Of a DNA stretch of 64,000 nucleotides, positions 23,926-39,349 are shown one piece after another (the first letter of the stretch is position 1; each line of letters starts with the position of its first letter). A program made the position numbers and the translations under genes. The stretch comes from Ancylonema sp. (lineage: Eukaryota): contig JBFLGF010000139.1 of the NCBI GenBank assembly GCA_050230475.1, positions 1-64,000 of the forward strand. The letters are read 5' to 3'. The notes under the pieces were generated by a model. It was not told where the DNA came from. It did not search any database and saw only the letters and a list, made by a program, of their open reading frames with translations.

Positions 23926-26900
23926 TGATCAAAGGTTACCATAAAATTCTTTTCAACCACCCATTGGAATGCTATCTCATCGTAAATATAAATGACTACT
24001 TAATCACTATCAACTCTTCAATATTCTTCGACCTCTACTATGTTTATGCTAATTTCAAAACATTGGCCTCCATCTTTTCGGGATCTCTACATATATTAGC
24101 ATTTTAGAATGCTGATGTCTAAATCATTGTTTTTTTCCGGCCCGAAAAATGCATAGACGGTTTATTTGTACCAAATCGGCCTTCAATGATGTTTTAGTGG
24201 TTGTGGTTTTGTGGATGTGGTAACTTTCACCGTCAAGAATTTCCTACCAACGGGGCACCCGTACAAACGGGGTGGCCCCGTTGATGTACGTTGCTTCCGC
24301 GAGGCGAATCTCGCAACCCGAAGGGTTCTTCGTGCCCAAACAACATGCTCGGACGGAGCGTGCAACCCGCTCTCCGTCCGAGCGTGGCTCCGGACTAACA
24401 AATGGCTGCCCCGTGTACGCTACAGCTGACTTCCGTTATGATATTTTCGGTATAAGAGACATGCTCTCTTATAACACCATGTTTTAGGCTTTCACATTCC
24501 AAATGCGATAGATCTACGACTCATTCGTTACATTAATCATTTTTCCTGAACCGTTATAGGTTTTTTTTGTGGGTTTTGAGTGTACTATGTTTTTAGAGGT
24601 TAACAACAGCGATAGAGACCAACTTTTCAACCCAAATTAGCTTGTCAACACCCAAGCCTAAAGAAGCCATGTAGCCGAATGTAGGTGCGGGTGCTGGTGC
24701 TAGAAGTTGTGGGTGGGGTGGACTGTTATCGACTTCAAAAAGTGGACTGCTAGATGCCCAGTTTCTTAGCGAGAAAAAAATACAAGTCCCAATCTCTTAG
24801 TACTAGTTCCAATATTGGATGATGTGTGGGATGTGTGAGACACTTGAGGTCGATAGAATTCAGCAAATCGATGAAATTGATGAAGAATGGTGGAATATCG
24901 GAATTCCATGTTCATGTATTTTCTTGAAGTCGAGAGAGTTGACTTGATTTTACAAGAACATGAACGTATGGAGAACGGATCTCGCCATACGTTTACACAA
25001 ACATTAAACCAGCAAATTCAATGTTTGCGTGAACGATGTGACGCGACGTTGGTGAGGTGGGTGAATTTACAAATTATGTTGCTCTTTGAAGTACAACAAG
25101 GAAAGCTACCGAGAATAGGGATGGGGAAGGTTAAATATACAGCCCCTAACTATTAATTATCAATATTTTTAGGTTAGGTTTCATAATTGGCCGGAAAAAC
25201 GCGCCCTTACAAGTTCAAAAATTAGCAGCTTCAATTTCTGGAATCTTCCATTTTTAGGGCCTAATATTATGATTTTAGGGCCTCATTGATCATTGTTTGG
25301 CCCATTAAAATATAGTGTGGCAAAAAAATGTGTGTCGAGTTATTACAAGAGCATGTCAGTTAGAATTTGGGATGATTTGGTCCTTCCAATATGTAACAAA
25401 TGTGGACAATCTAATGATAAGTTACTCTAACCTTTTGACATAGGATTTCCCCATATAAAATCATTGTGGTTACGTCAATCCGCCGTAGAATGCATGATAG
25501 GGATGAACTTTTGTAATCACGAAAAGGTTGGTGTCATTTCATCATTGCTTTATCATTATTTGAGCCTTAATTTTGGAGGTGTCTAATTCGAAACAAATTC
25601 AAAAAATTTATGGTTACATTCACATGTGGTTTATGGTTACATGTGAATGTAATGTGCAACAACGATATACAAACGAGTCACAATTGTGATATAAAGTTTG
25701 TGGTCATTTTTTTTGTCATACCATCGCCCTTTGTGAATGTTACCATCATCCATGATGCCTTGTTTACACCATTAGCTTCAATCTTCAGAATCAAAGTTAT
25801 TCACCACATGCCATACAAGAGAGTCGAGTCTTGATTGCAAAGAGTCCGATTGAATATTATGGCGGCCGCAACTTGGCCGATGTAAACATGCCTTGTCGGA
25901 TGTATCGTTCTAACGAATACTTGCTAAAATACATAGCACGAAGGCATGTTGCCACAAAATCGATATAGCGAATATTCTCAATGCAACAAAGTTTCTAGCC
26001 AATTCTCACACCCTTCTCCAACTTCTTATGGTGACACCGACGTGCCATTATTCAATCAGAAGAGGATTACCTCAATGAAACCAAAAAGGATTGGAAGTAG
26101 GTCTTCTTTCATATTTTCAATTTGGAATCATTGTATTTAATGCCACAATATGTGTTCCCGGATTTTTTTGGGGTTTAGTTGAGGTGTGGAAAACAAATTA
26201 TTTCCTTCAAATATATTGATGCCAAACAAACCATTTCATGAGAATTACTTTTCCGCATATGTCGCTCTTGCAACCTAAATATTATGTATGAGCTTTTGTT
26301 TAATCTAATGCCTATTCATTAATATTTTATTACTCGTTTTATGTCAATGTGGACTTTCTTGATTGGTGTCCCGCACCCATGTCAAAATTACAACAACTAA
26401 CAATTTCCAAATGTTTCATGTAAACAATCCGTGTGTTAACATGACGATAATATCATGACCGAAAATTAGGTTAGATCTACATAATGTTTGATTTTAAACT
26501 CAACCTTTGTGATCAATGTTAAATTTGTCAAAGATAATGTATGGTATGAATTATTAATATTTTTTAATTTTACTCCTAATATATTACTCCTCTTATATTT
26601 TTAACATTATGAATTACCGGTGGAATTGTTAGGGCCTAAAAATTCTTCTCGGTCCGGGAAGGACTACCCCAATAACATTCACTTTGGACAAAAGAATCGT
26701 AACTAACCTCGTATTACGAAGACATAGCCCGTCGACTTCAGTCCGTCTATGGGTGATTCTCTAACCCGAAAATATGGGACCCCCTCGGAACCTGATCGCC
26801 GAGGAACCAACTATGGCATTGACCCTCTTTGTAATATAGTGGTGAAAGTGGCTCAAATGCTAGTACTAGTATGGGCGGAAAGTTGATATTGAAGGAAAGA

Positions 26901-27113
26901 GTTAGCAAATGAAATGAAATTGCATGATGAGAAATTTCAGGTATTCAGTGTCTTCAAATGCATCCCAAGGCCTTAGCCAAAAGCACCAAACGCTGCCTCA
27001 AGATCTACACACATTTAGATTGCACCCGATGACAACTCCAGAGTGGTGGTGCTCATCCACCATGTGTTGCTCGTTGCTCTACAACATTTTGTGACTGAAA
27101 TGGAATACGCCAT

Positions 27114-29864
27114 TCAATCATCGTCACTTCCAATGGTGGTACCTCTACCACGCAGACGCACGCTGAAACAGATAACCAGTTCCGGGTTAAAGGCGCACTT
27201 GGAGGCCTAAAAGATGATGAAGAAAGAGATCAACGGATGACAAGTACAATAGAGTCTCTTACTTGTCTCCCTCTAAAACTATAGAAAAGACGAGAGTTGA
27301 GTATTGAGCATTGAGGTTTGCGTTCATGGCAACACCACTCACCGTCTCACACGTGGCGCTACTTTTGCCTTCTTGTTAGAATTGCCTTCTGGAAAACCTC
27401 CACGCCCCTCTGTAAGGGTGGCGTGTCGAGAGACATCGCCCGCTAGGACAAACAATACAAAAGAAAGGAGGAGGCACCCACCGAGAGCCTTGGAAAACTT
27501 CTGGAAGGTTATAATAATACAACACATTTTGTCACCAAGTTGCTTCAGAGCACACACGTGAACGTGTCCGCCAGGCTGCCCCCACCAGGTGTAGGACCAG
27601 AACCACGAAACCAAGGAACCAAACCAGCTCCCCTCTCACCTGCTGCCACTGTCATGGAAGGGGGGAGAAAGTCGATTTGTGTGCCCTCTGTGCCCAGAGC
27701 AGGCTGTTGCCCTTGGGACGACGAAGCGATGGAGGGGAGGGAGGGAGGGAGGGGGGGAAGACTTCCACGGTTCGCTGATGCTCTAAACACATCTCTGGAA
27801 TCCTCCCATGCTTTTGCCTAGTGGGCCAGGGAAGACATGAAGCAGTCACACTTTCAGCACAAGAACCTCCCAAGAAATCAAGAAATCAAGAAATCGGACA
27901 TGGTCTACCAGACTGCAAGTGGTAAACGAGATTCAAGCAATTAGGAATGTGAGAGGCTGCTGCTCCCACCAGCCCTGCAAGAATCCAGCTCGCGACTGGG
28001 GGCAGGCGGGGGTGGTTGGGGCTGGTTAGGGCTGGGAGAGTACGCAATACGTATTGATTGAGAAAGGATATTAATGTAGACAGGGGAAGCTCATAGTCTC
28101 CTGATAGTATTTGCACGTGTGAACAGCCCCCAGCCCCCCAGCCTCGAGGCATTTTCGCCCCGTACCTAAGTTGGACTCACCTCCTTCACCTCGCCTTCAA
28201 GTTCTGAGATTCGCTTCTCTCCTGAAATACACGAAACAGCCCGAAAAAGATTGGTCGTCGCATATAACTCTGTACACCCTGAGATGTTCAAGTATTGCAA
28301 GCGTATAAGTTCACTTGCCAGCTACCTGAGTTAATCTTGTTTCCATGCTCTGCAGCTACGATGCCAGAGAAGCACCTTGAATGAAATCCAGCTGATGCTC
28401 CTTACATCGGGACAGCAGACGCTGTGCCAATTCCAGCATCTCATCACGCGCATCACTGTGAGAGGTGACCTTCTGACGGTTAACCTTCACGCGAGGCTCA
28501 GCCTTTGAAGGCTGGCACAGAAGCAGTCCTTGAGCAGGAACTGCAATAACGATGGTATCACAGAGGCGCTCGTCATAGAAAATTCATTGGCTTCGAAGGG
28601 GCTGATGCTGCACTCGTTGCCGAGTCTGCCATTTTTTAGAAATGCCTCACACCTGACGCCGAGCTCTGAGGTGCGATTCCGAGCTTGAAAGTGACCTGCG
28701 TTCCACCAGAGCCCCCCACCTTGGCTTGAAATTCGTAGATTCGTCAAAGAGATAATCGATCTCAAATGAAAAATAACGGATTCAGAAGAATGAAGATGCA
28801 AAGCGTCTGGACCAGACGTACATGAAACAGGAAGGAACAGACATCGGAATGTATGAAAATGGAAGACCGAGTGTAAAGGTTCAATTCTGAGCTTCCGTTC
28901 CAAATTGAATAGGGAGCAGGGACATATATCAGATCTTGGTGTAGGTGGCAGCTGTTAATACCTAGCGTTTGCCGTCCGTAAGGTCATTAAAAAATCTGTA
29001 AGCTCTCTATAAGCATCTTGCAAACTATCATGACTGTGGGCTATTTTGAACAACAAACTTGTCAAAGTTATTTGAGACATCCTGCCACATTCCCTCATAA
29101 CTAGTTGAGTCCGGCCACTGATACATTTTTATAGAGAATTTCGTAAATACTGGCAACGATACTCGTTGGTGCTGATGGACTTGACTCCTCTGCACATAGT
29201 TGTGTTACACTACTTTGAAGCACTGTGTGTCTAAAGGGGGGAACAAAGTTGTTCCAAACAAGAGAGGGAGGGTTGGGGTCTGGAAGGTGGACCTAAATAC
29301 AATTGTTTCTCTTTGTTTTTCACATTTTGATTCTTCTTTTCTGGAGTCCTTATTACAGGTGTTTTATGCGATACGACTGACCAGCTCCGATGATAATGCT
29401 CGGTGAAGCCAGTGAAGGAAGAAATCGAAGTCGCCTGTTATGCCAATAGAGTTTTTCTGCGGCCACTCCCCAACCTAGCTCAGAGTGCTGCAGTCGTCGA
29501 CAGAAAGTGCCCCCGAAAGTATCCCCGAATACATCCGGATATTGACGCGATAATAAGTCCTTCCGTGGGGCCGCACTGCGAGCGTGGCCCCCATGCCCTA
29601 TGTATCACTCTCATGAGGATTTAAATGTACCATACTGAGAAGATCGGCCTCGGTGAATGTAGAGTTCCACGTGCTATCGTGGAAGTCACTTGCCACCAGG
29701 TGAAGGTTGCCAGTACGGAGGATGTACTGAACAGAAAATATCATTGGAAGTGATCGATCAGGAAGATCGTCTTGACATTCCATCTTTCCGCTTCCTACTA
29801 TGTGTCGGAAACTTGAAAGTTTTTTTGTTACAACAGGCTCTGACCAGTTTCCAGACATTCTCAT
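27114..29864 (-). CDS. PAXX: Plant PAXX/XLF-like non-homologous end-joining factor (XRCC4 superfamily)
   Basis: Eight phase-compatible GT-AG exons: 29864(or 29858)-29631, 29456-29382, 28695-28653, 28540-28376, 28221-28181, 27817-27640, 27442-27343, 27162-27114. The protein includes LHLVASDFHDSTW...LLSMKNSIGITGDFDFFLHWL, LLCQPSKAEPRVKV, a coiled-coil and a basic tail KKAKVAPRVRRVRLRGRGTTIGSDDD. This matches, from memory, the plant family typified by Arabidopsis At5g64010. Confidence 0.8.
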
Positions 29865-30339
29865 ACCTTTATCGAGCCCCCGGTCATGATTCGAGGCCGT
29901 ATGTCGAAGAAGCATGAAAGTGGAACCCTGCCAGACCGCCGGCGCAAGTATGCTTCAAATTCCGCCAGTCGATTTTCGCCCTACTCGTGTACGGCATTCT
30001 GAGTCCGCCATCGAAGCCAGCAACTGCGCCACTCTGACGTTCGTAATGGCGCCATCCATATTCTCTGCCCTCAGCACATGGCTTCCCATTGAATAGCAGG
30101 GCGGTGTATGCGGGGGCGTTGACAGTACGGGAGGGAGAGACAGAGAGCCGTGGTGGGACTGCAGGATCATTAAGAAATCGCGACCAGTAGATCGTGCCGT
30201 CTCGGCTAATTCGTTGCCTCTCATTACAAAAATCCAGGGGAGAAAAGGAACAGAGGGCAATCAACTGCCAGACTTCACCGAATTTGGTTCTGCCGAGGCT
30301 TTGTTTGAAAGAGTTAGATTGTTGCGCTTCGTCTTCAGT

Positions 30340-31608
30340 ATGGCGTTATTTCGAGCTCGTCTGAACTCGTTCTTGGGTGGATTTGCCGTGGCGTCAGGCT
30401 TGTCTCTGTATCTATTGAGAAAAGACGTCTGGGCAAGCCACAGAGTGCTGGTGGATCAAGTGAGCTAGATCAATAACCGACCATAATCGTCACAGAGTCC
30501 ATATAAATGTTTTTTTTTTCCAACGAGGATGAAGGGCATTCGACATGGGTAGGTCCTTCGTCCAGTTGATAGTGTCTGTAGGGAGAAACACGCGTTTTCA
30601 TGAGATAAAAACATTGAGAAAATGCAGACTCCTATTAGGAAGCCGAAGAGTAGTCAGAGAACCGTGTGTGTCGGATACCCTGCACGGATTTGGGATTCAG
30701 ACAATATATCATGTTTGTTGGAAGCTGGGGTCTGTTATGAGATTGTCTGGGGTTGTAGTACACTTCTCACCCACGGGCACGTCAGGTTCGCTTCCTAAGT
30801 GCGATGTGTGCCGAAATGTGGTCACAGGCTCACGGATTTGAGACAACAGTCGAGAGTCGGCTAGCCAGAGTGGAGCTCCAGGTTGCAGCTCTTGATGCTG
30901 CTGCGGTTCAAAGTGCACCTGATTCAGCACTGTCTACAGAGGTGGGTTTTTGCACTGAGGACTTGATCATTTTACAGTCTGTTACCACTTCCTCCTTTTA
31001 CATAGTATGTTGTTGAATGGATATAACATTTCAATAGGTATCATTTCAATGAGTAATTACTATTAATATACTTATATACATATATATTTAAATTAACAAG
31101 TATTTACATATTGCAGAGAATCTGCGGATGCATTATGAGAATGAAATGAGAACAGAGTACAGAGTATCACATTGTAGGACTAACCATGAAACATAATCAC
31201 GTCTGGGAATCGGAATGGACATTCCTGGGCATAACTATCAGATGCTGTATGGGAGTGTATTTGTAGATAACATCCACACAACTTAATCATCATTTGTATG
31301 AATGGCTGTTGGTTAGTAATGTCCGTACCAGAGGTGCGGAGCTGTAGCCTTCTGCTTCTTCTGCCCAACACTGCAGCTTCTGCTTCTGTTAAGAACAATC
31401 CCGTCAGTCTTCCTGACGGCACATGATCACATATTATGAGAAGATTTTGGTCCCCTACACGTTCTTCCGGTCTGTGTCTTGTTTCAGGTACAACTGACAC
31501 CTGCATGGACACTCTGCAACATTGCGTGTTTGCAAAGTTTGGACACTTACTAGAATTTCAGACATATTGAACCTGTGTCTATGGTTGCAGGGTTCCCTCG
31601 AAAGCTGA
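30340..31608 (+). CDS. Small single-pass membrane/coiled-coil protein, At1g72020-like (probably mitochondrial)
   Basis: Exons 30340-30459, 30828-30941 and 31591-31608 (last exon less certain). Protein: MALFRARLNSFLGGFAVASGLSLYLLRKDVWASHRVLVDQ AHGFETTVESRLARVE..., resembling the plant RxRLxSFFxG motif family. Confidence 0.8.
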
Positions 31609-33180
31609 CCTGTGTGGTTGGCGGGGCATCTTCTCTAGCCTAAGAAGATGTATGAAAACCGCAATGGTACCTACAGGAATACAAGCAGTACTCTGTTGGG
31701 GCTGTGCAATCATCTTTGTCAACACAATCATTTGATGGCATCTGATTTGCACTTTTAAGAAGGTGCACTCAAATCATATCTCCCTTCAGTAACACAACTT
31801 TGAAAGTAGAAGCTCACCACAATAGAGGGAAAGCTTCCGCAATGGCTCCTCGGGTTATCAATTTCCCCTTTATCAATTAGTTTTGTCATCCCAATGTAGA
31901 AGCATGTCGAGGAAATTGTTCACTGAGTGCCACATACGGTACTTCAAATGACTTTGTTGGCCTAGCAACTAATAATGACCTCTTGGCTTCTTATAAGAGA
32001 ACTTGAAAATACTCACTAAGTCCCGTTGTTAGTGATATCGGTCGTTTTTTTAGGTTCCTGTTATGTCATTGAGTCTTCACCACACAAATCAAGTAGCGCC
32101 GGCGCACAAATGGATATTTTGTCTAGTACCTAATCAAAATGACATCATTTTATCCTCAAGTGTGTCAACAATATTGTATAAAATTTGGTGGGTCCAATCT
32201 TGCTATTAGTACAAGAATACCTCCATATTGTCATAGACATCCAAATAGAGTGATGAAGTGACATCGCGATGGGACAATTCTATGTGATTGGGTACTATTT
32301 CTTAGGTATATGTAGAAAAACCCATCACCTGAAAAATATTTTTTTCCCCAATAGCGAGTACGGACATTCCGTTAGGAGTCTTAGCGCGAAAAGAACACAT
32401 TGCATAAATTGTCCAACAATTGCTTTCTATTGAATTCACCCGGAGACAAAACCGTCCAACTAACCCGGGAAACGGGTAGGTTTGTAAGGTTCAATCGTCC
32501 CTGCGGTCATGTTCTGGCAATACACGTGTCGAATTCCAAATTCATACAACCAAGTGTTACTCTAACACATATTGATTGAATTTGACTTGACTATGAAGTC
32601 AAATAATCCAAATTAAAAATATGGCAGGCATATTGGCACAGAAAGTCGTGATCACCATCCCTACAACCAAAACGCCAAAACGTGCATTGTTGCATGCATG
32701 TTGTGGGCATCATGCGGGAAATGGCACGCATTCGACACAGCAGAAAGCCTCTCTAGAAGAACACTTCTCGGGGGGGGGGGGAATCATCATCTTAGAGAGC
32801 ACATTAATTTACATACTTGTGGTATAAAAGTTATGAAACCGATTCTCGTGTGCCTACAGCGGGAAGGGAACCATAAGGAAATCTACTTCGGAATCCTTTC
32901 AAACATGTTTTCTAGCTTATACCACCCGGCCTGTCAGTCGCACCTCCTTCCCAAGCACCTTCTAATAATGTTGAGAGTCTCAAACGTTAAAAATCTGCCC
33001 ACAGATCTGGACGAGTGTTGGACGCCAGAGTTTATCGAATGCCAATTGCCACTTCTGTTGCAAAATTATTTATGAATATTAGCCACATGCATAAGGTTCA
33101 CCGAACAAAATTAATGTCGACAAATTGTTGCATTGTAAGTTGTAACGAGCCTAAAATCCAGAACGAGAACAGGCCCAAAC

Positions 33181-34920
33181 CTAATCCTCAACCTTCTCTT
33201 CAACCACCTTTCCAGCCTCCTTTTCTGCCTCCTCTGTTTTCTTATCCGACTCCCCAACCTTCAGACTACTCAGGGCATCTGCTGGTCCATCAGCAGCTTC
33301 CTCATTCTCCTTCGAGGCAGTTCCTAAAAGCTTTGCCATTGTTTCTTGTGCCTCTTCAAATGCGGACCTGAATTTTTGCATATCTGCAACACCCAGACAT
33401 CACGAACCGCATAAAATAAGATCCTGTTTACGAGGGACAAAAACGAACTTTGAGACTATTAATAGCCACACAGGGTCCCACGCGAAATTAAGAAAAACTT
33501 CATGCATTTTAACAGGTAGATGCAAAACTGCGCAAAGAATAGCTGCAAGCATTTGTAAGAGAACTGCATTAGCTGAGGTACTCAACTCCCCATTCACACT
33601 AGAGGTTGGTCCATGACATCTCTATCAGGAACCAATGGCACATCAGAGTGTAGGAAAAAAGACTCCCTGGTACTCCAGATATAGCACCACATGTAGGAGA
33701 CTTCTGTATAAATGAAGCTTACTCTCGATGCTGCCAAATCTCATTGTAAATAGCTCCTCCTTCAACTCTCCTTCTGAAAAATCAGTTGCATGCCACAACA
33801 CCGACTTATCGTTGCCAGCATGCTCCTGAAGTTGAGTCCCTGGAAGCACTGCAATACCATGTAGGCAAGAGAACAGAAGTTAGCACTCATTGCATCTTCA
33901 ACCCGGCAGTACTCCCTGAACAACAAAGAGGTTCCCTCACCCTCTCACTCCGACTCCGACTCTAGTTTCCTAGAGCCCGTTCCTGTATATAACGCCATTA
34001 TTTCACAGCTCAGTCCTGAAATCAATTGGGATAATCATTGACGAACCCCCGCCCCTCAACAAGCTCCCCCACTGTCGATCCACTGCTAATAGGAATGTTT
34101 TTACTACTAAACAGGCCGAAAAGGGACTACATTACCGTCACAGAGACTCCGAGCTGAAGAGTTGAAATATGTCTACCATATCCACCACTGCCACTTTTCC
34201 AGTGCGCCCAGTACGACTAGCTTACCGAAAACTTGTTGATCAGCCAAACAAAAGAAATTCTAACATTATCTCAATCATGCTCACTTTGAAGCATGAAAAC
34301 TAGTAATGCGAACGAACCTGTATGATTCGCACAAATTTTCAGGGTCCTTTGCTGTCGCATAAGCAACCGGATTCTCTTGGTATCCTTGTGTTCTAGAAGC
34401 TTTGCTTGACCCACTCCCCTCTCCTTCCACTGATTGCCATCCTTGTCAAATCGATACAACTTCGCCTTCCTGCGCAAAATCGGATTTATGGTGACGGGGA
34501 TGACGGGGACGTCATTGAGACGTATCCTAACCGGCAATGCCTAACGGGCAAGACTAGTCTGAGCGAGGTGTGGCTCACGCATTCAGGGGGATTTGCGAAC
34601 AGAGCAGCTACCATAAATGTGCAAATGACTCGTGCAAAGCCATCAGGACAATCGGAATGACTGCAAGAATCTCTTCATGCCAAGGCAAGAACCGAAAGGA
34701 GTATGGCTTACACATCAAACAAAACGTTTTCATGCTCTTCCCCCGTGCTCACAGCAACTTCCTCTAATCGCACAAGTGGTGCAATTTGGGCTCCAGTATC
34801 TTCCTCCTCCCCATGAGGAGCATCTTCAGTCTGCTCAGTTTTTTCAGCACCTACAGTAGCGACCTCTGGCGTCGAATCGGCAGTGCTCACCTTTACCTCG
34901 CTAACTTCCTCTCCAGACAT
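33181..34920 (-). CDS. RANBP1: Ran-binding protein 1
   Basis: Exons 34920-34712, 34469-34318, 33848-33723 and 33383-33181 are in phase. RanBD motifs: [58 protein letters not shown], plus an acidic tail. Confidence 0.97.
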
Positions 34921-35280
34921 GACTAAAACTCGTCCCGGTCAGAGATCAGGCAGGAGTATGACGTCTTATATCGGAATGTATGCAAGGGGCATGTAGCAAT
35001 AGGATACGAGGCAATTACAGCTTTTCTTAGTCGCATCAACTGACACTACGGGGCTTCGCGGAAGAGATATCAGATTTCAGCTGATACTGCGAGGCTTCGC
35101 AGAAGGGAAAACAAAATTTAGGTGAGGGTCAATTCACTCAGTAATGAGAGCAATCGGGGTTTAAAATACTTTCTCAGCTTCGAGTGCAGGTTCAGGACTT
35201 CACCTGTAGCGGTGCCGACTCCGCCCTATCGCCCAACCCGTCCGACTGCGGTAGCGACTACCTCCGCCCTATCACCGGTA

Positions 35281-36179
35281 CAGTGCTCCCTCGACATTAG
35301 GACACTTTAAAAAAAATAAAAAATCCCTTATCGAAGTGTTCTTATAAATTGTATAAGGACATTCAGAATGTGTTGTCCTTGTATCGAGGGACTTCATGAA
35401 TGAAGCGAAGTAAATTAGCAAATATTTTGTCTACGTGTTGCCTCGTGAAAGTTGCCTTGGCATCGTCGTCCAATTCAACGTGAGTGTGTTGACGCAAGCT
35501 ATACAAGTGCATAGTGAGACCAATACATTGCGACTAGTAAAACATAATTACCCAACTTTTCCGAGGAGAGTTGGGGAGTACTAAGGTCGTACTAATAAAA
35601 CAAAGTCCTCGCATTTTTTTTGGACATGGAGTTGAGACTATGGTCATGAGCAACATGGACAATTGTTGAAAGGCAAGAGAAACCACTACTTGTAATGACG
35701 AGAACTACATTAGTTCCAAATTATGAACCGCAAACAAAACAAACAATTATTATACGTTACAACAAACCAGATTTATCCAAATCCGTTGTGTACATTTTCG
35801 TGATTTGAAATAATTCAAAAGATTGTCAGCGTCAAACTTCAATATGGACACATACGGACACACATACTAATATCGGCATGATTCGACCCTAAGTTGCATG
35901 AAAGAAACGTTGAATATTAGTTTGCATCCATAATTCAATCCCTTGCATTGACATTATTTTGGAATCTATATTTTCTTGTTTTCTATACATATTGTTATAT
36001 GCGAGAAACAACGTTCGATATACGGTATAAGGACATTCAGTAACAAATTCCCCGAACAATTTGTCTTTATACAGAGTGTCGTTATGCTTATATCGAGGGC
36101 AATTTTGTATTGGTTTTTTTTTAAATATAAATATCGAGGCTGTCTTTATAAAGAGGGTTCTTATATCGAGGGAACACTT
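35281..36179. mobile_element. pogo/Tigger-like (Tc1/mariner) MITE
   Basis: TA-CAGTGCTCCCTCGA ... TCGAGGGAACACTT-TA, with repeated TATCGAGG/ATAAGGACA motifs. A second truncated copy starts at 36200. Confidence 0.8.
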
Positions 36180-36775
36180 TAACACGCATCCCTTCTATAC
36201 ACTGCTCCCTCGGTGTAAGGACAAAAAATACATGAATAAAAGTATCCTTATATCGAGGTGTCCTAATACACTATACAAGGACGTCTACATCGCCCCCTCG
36301 ATAAAAGGACCCTCGTAATAAAGACAGCCTCGATATAAGGACATTTTTTTTTAACTTGTGTAATTTACAAAATCGCACTCGATATTAGCATAACTACTAG
36401 CTTTGTGAAATTACGGTATTTTTGGGTTTGATTGTAGTAATTACGGTCCTTTTACATGTAACGTAAGATAACGTTTTTTTAAATAGAAATTAACAACAAG
36501 CGAAAGACATGGGTAAATTACACTTACCAGTAATGTATATATTTTACATGGTAAATGGTAATTACGGGTAGAAAATTTACAGTAAATGACGATTGCGAGG
36601 ATAAAATCGACCTTAAATTGACAATTGACGTTTCACCGGTCGTCAGATTCGATGATTTTCGAGTCCATTGAAGCCATTCATTGTACAATAGTATTCATGG
36701 TGACAGACTACACACAAGGTTTTGAAAACCCATTTTTTTTTTTTCGTTTTTTTTTTTTTCCCCCAATAATAAATA

Positions 36776-37645
<870 letters not shown>

Positions 37646-38942
37646 ATCCATCTATATATCTATATATGTCACTATACACTGTATAGTGACATTTGATAGG
37701 GGGACAACAGGCAAATGTCACTATATCGAGAGAAAGTGAAATTTAGGTCGGAATTGTAAAGGAAGGTGGCTAATCTAAACGGCGTTTGTTATAATATCCT
37801 CTCGCTACAGCGAGACCTGTCTACATGACTCATGTTCGAACAATAAAAAAAATGAAATTAGACTGGCTATTAATTTACACGTCAGATTTTGGGTAAAAAC
37901 CGAAAATCGGGCGGGAATATTTGTATTCCGACTATATACCGACCTTCTCTCCGCATTGCGGCAATTTATATTTTTAGGGTGTTATGGCCTATGGTTCCGC
38001 CCGTTTTTGGCCCCGGGCGAACCCTCCCCAAGCGGCGTTCCGGGCGAAAAAAAATCGCCCGGGGCGAAGCCAACCTCGAACTCCTCGTACGTCAGCGGCC
38101 CTAAGGCCTACGATCGGCCTACGTCAGCGGTTGGTGCAAGCGCACGCCGAGTGCTCCAGGGGACGAGAAAAAGCAGCACAAATATATTTTTGCGTTGACT
38201 TGCGCGGAGCCATCGACAGGCGCTCACGCGCACCGTAGAGCTGCTCATACTGCAGCCGGTGACATTAGACGTCGGCTCTGGTATGCGGGCGCTACCTCGG
38301 TTGGGTTCTGTTCCATCACGCAGACGTGGCCTTCCGGAGTCGGATCCGCGAGCGTGAGTTTTGGTCTCCTTCATGCACGCAGCTCCGTTGCTGCATAAAA
38401 TGTGTGCTGAAGAGGGTTGTCGCGTCCCCTTCCGCAGGGTTGTTGATTGAAATGCTACGCAGTACGAGGTCTGCCAATGCTTCAGCTGCCGACTGGAAGG
38501 TCTGTAGCCTCTTTGCACCCCATTCGGTCCGTGCGCACATTTTGTATGTGCTGTGTCGTGTCGTCAGTTTTACTTAACTCTAGTTAGTTTTACGATTTGA
38601 CAATCGTAGCATAAAGACATTTTCATTGTACAGATCTGCCAACTTCCGCTGTCAGATTGCGCCGTCAAGAAACTTTCAAAATATCTTCTCTCAAAATCCT
38701 GTAAATTGTATTCTCTGAATTCTGCAACTCCTGGCTGACGCCGGTTCTTGCAATCATCTCCGTGTCTTGTCTACGATTACTCGTGCGACTACCGTCGACG
38801 AATTCCGTAAGTTGACCGAAGTGACCTTCGCAACATCCTGTCATTACTTGTGTGTTCCGCTGACGCTCTTACTGAGCCAGCCTGTGAACTTGATTGTTTA
38901 CCATCACATCTTAGTGCTGACGCTCTTACTGAGCCAGAACCA

Positions 38943-39311
<369 letters not shown>

Positions 39312-39349
39312 CCCAAAAAAAACCCAACATGTCTATATTATTTGATGTT

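Noticed and set aside
24850..25156. 89-aa ORF as a gene or transposase
   Set aside because: It has no recognisable catalytic motif, lies in TE debris and is too degenerate to call.
28326..28403. Extra micro-exon in the PAXX-like gene using a 48-nt intron
   Set aside because: The donor at 28375 gives a continuous coiled-coil (DFIQGEKRISELE) without needing such a short intron.
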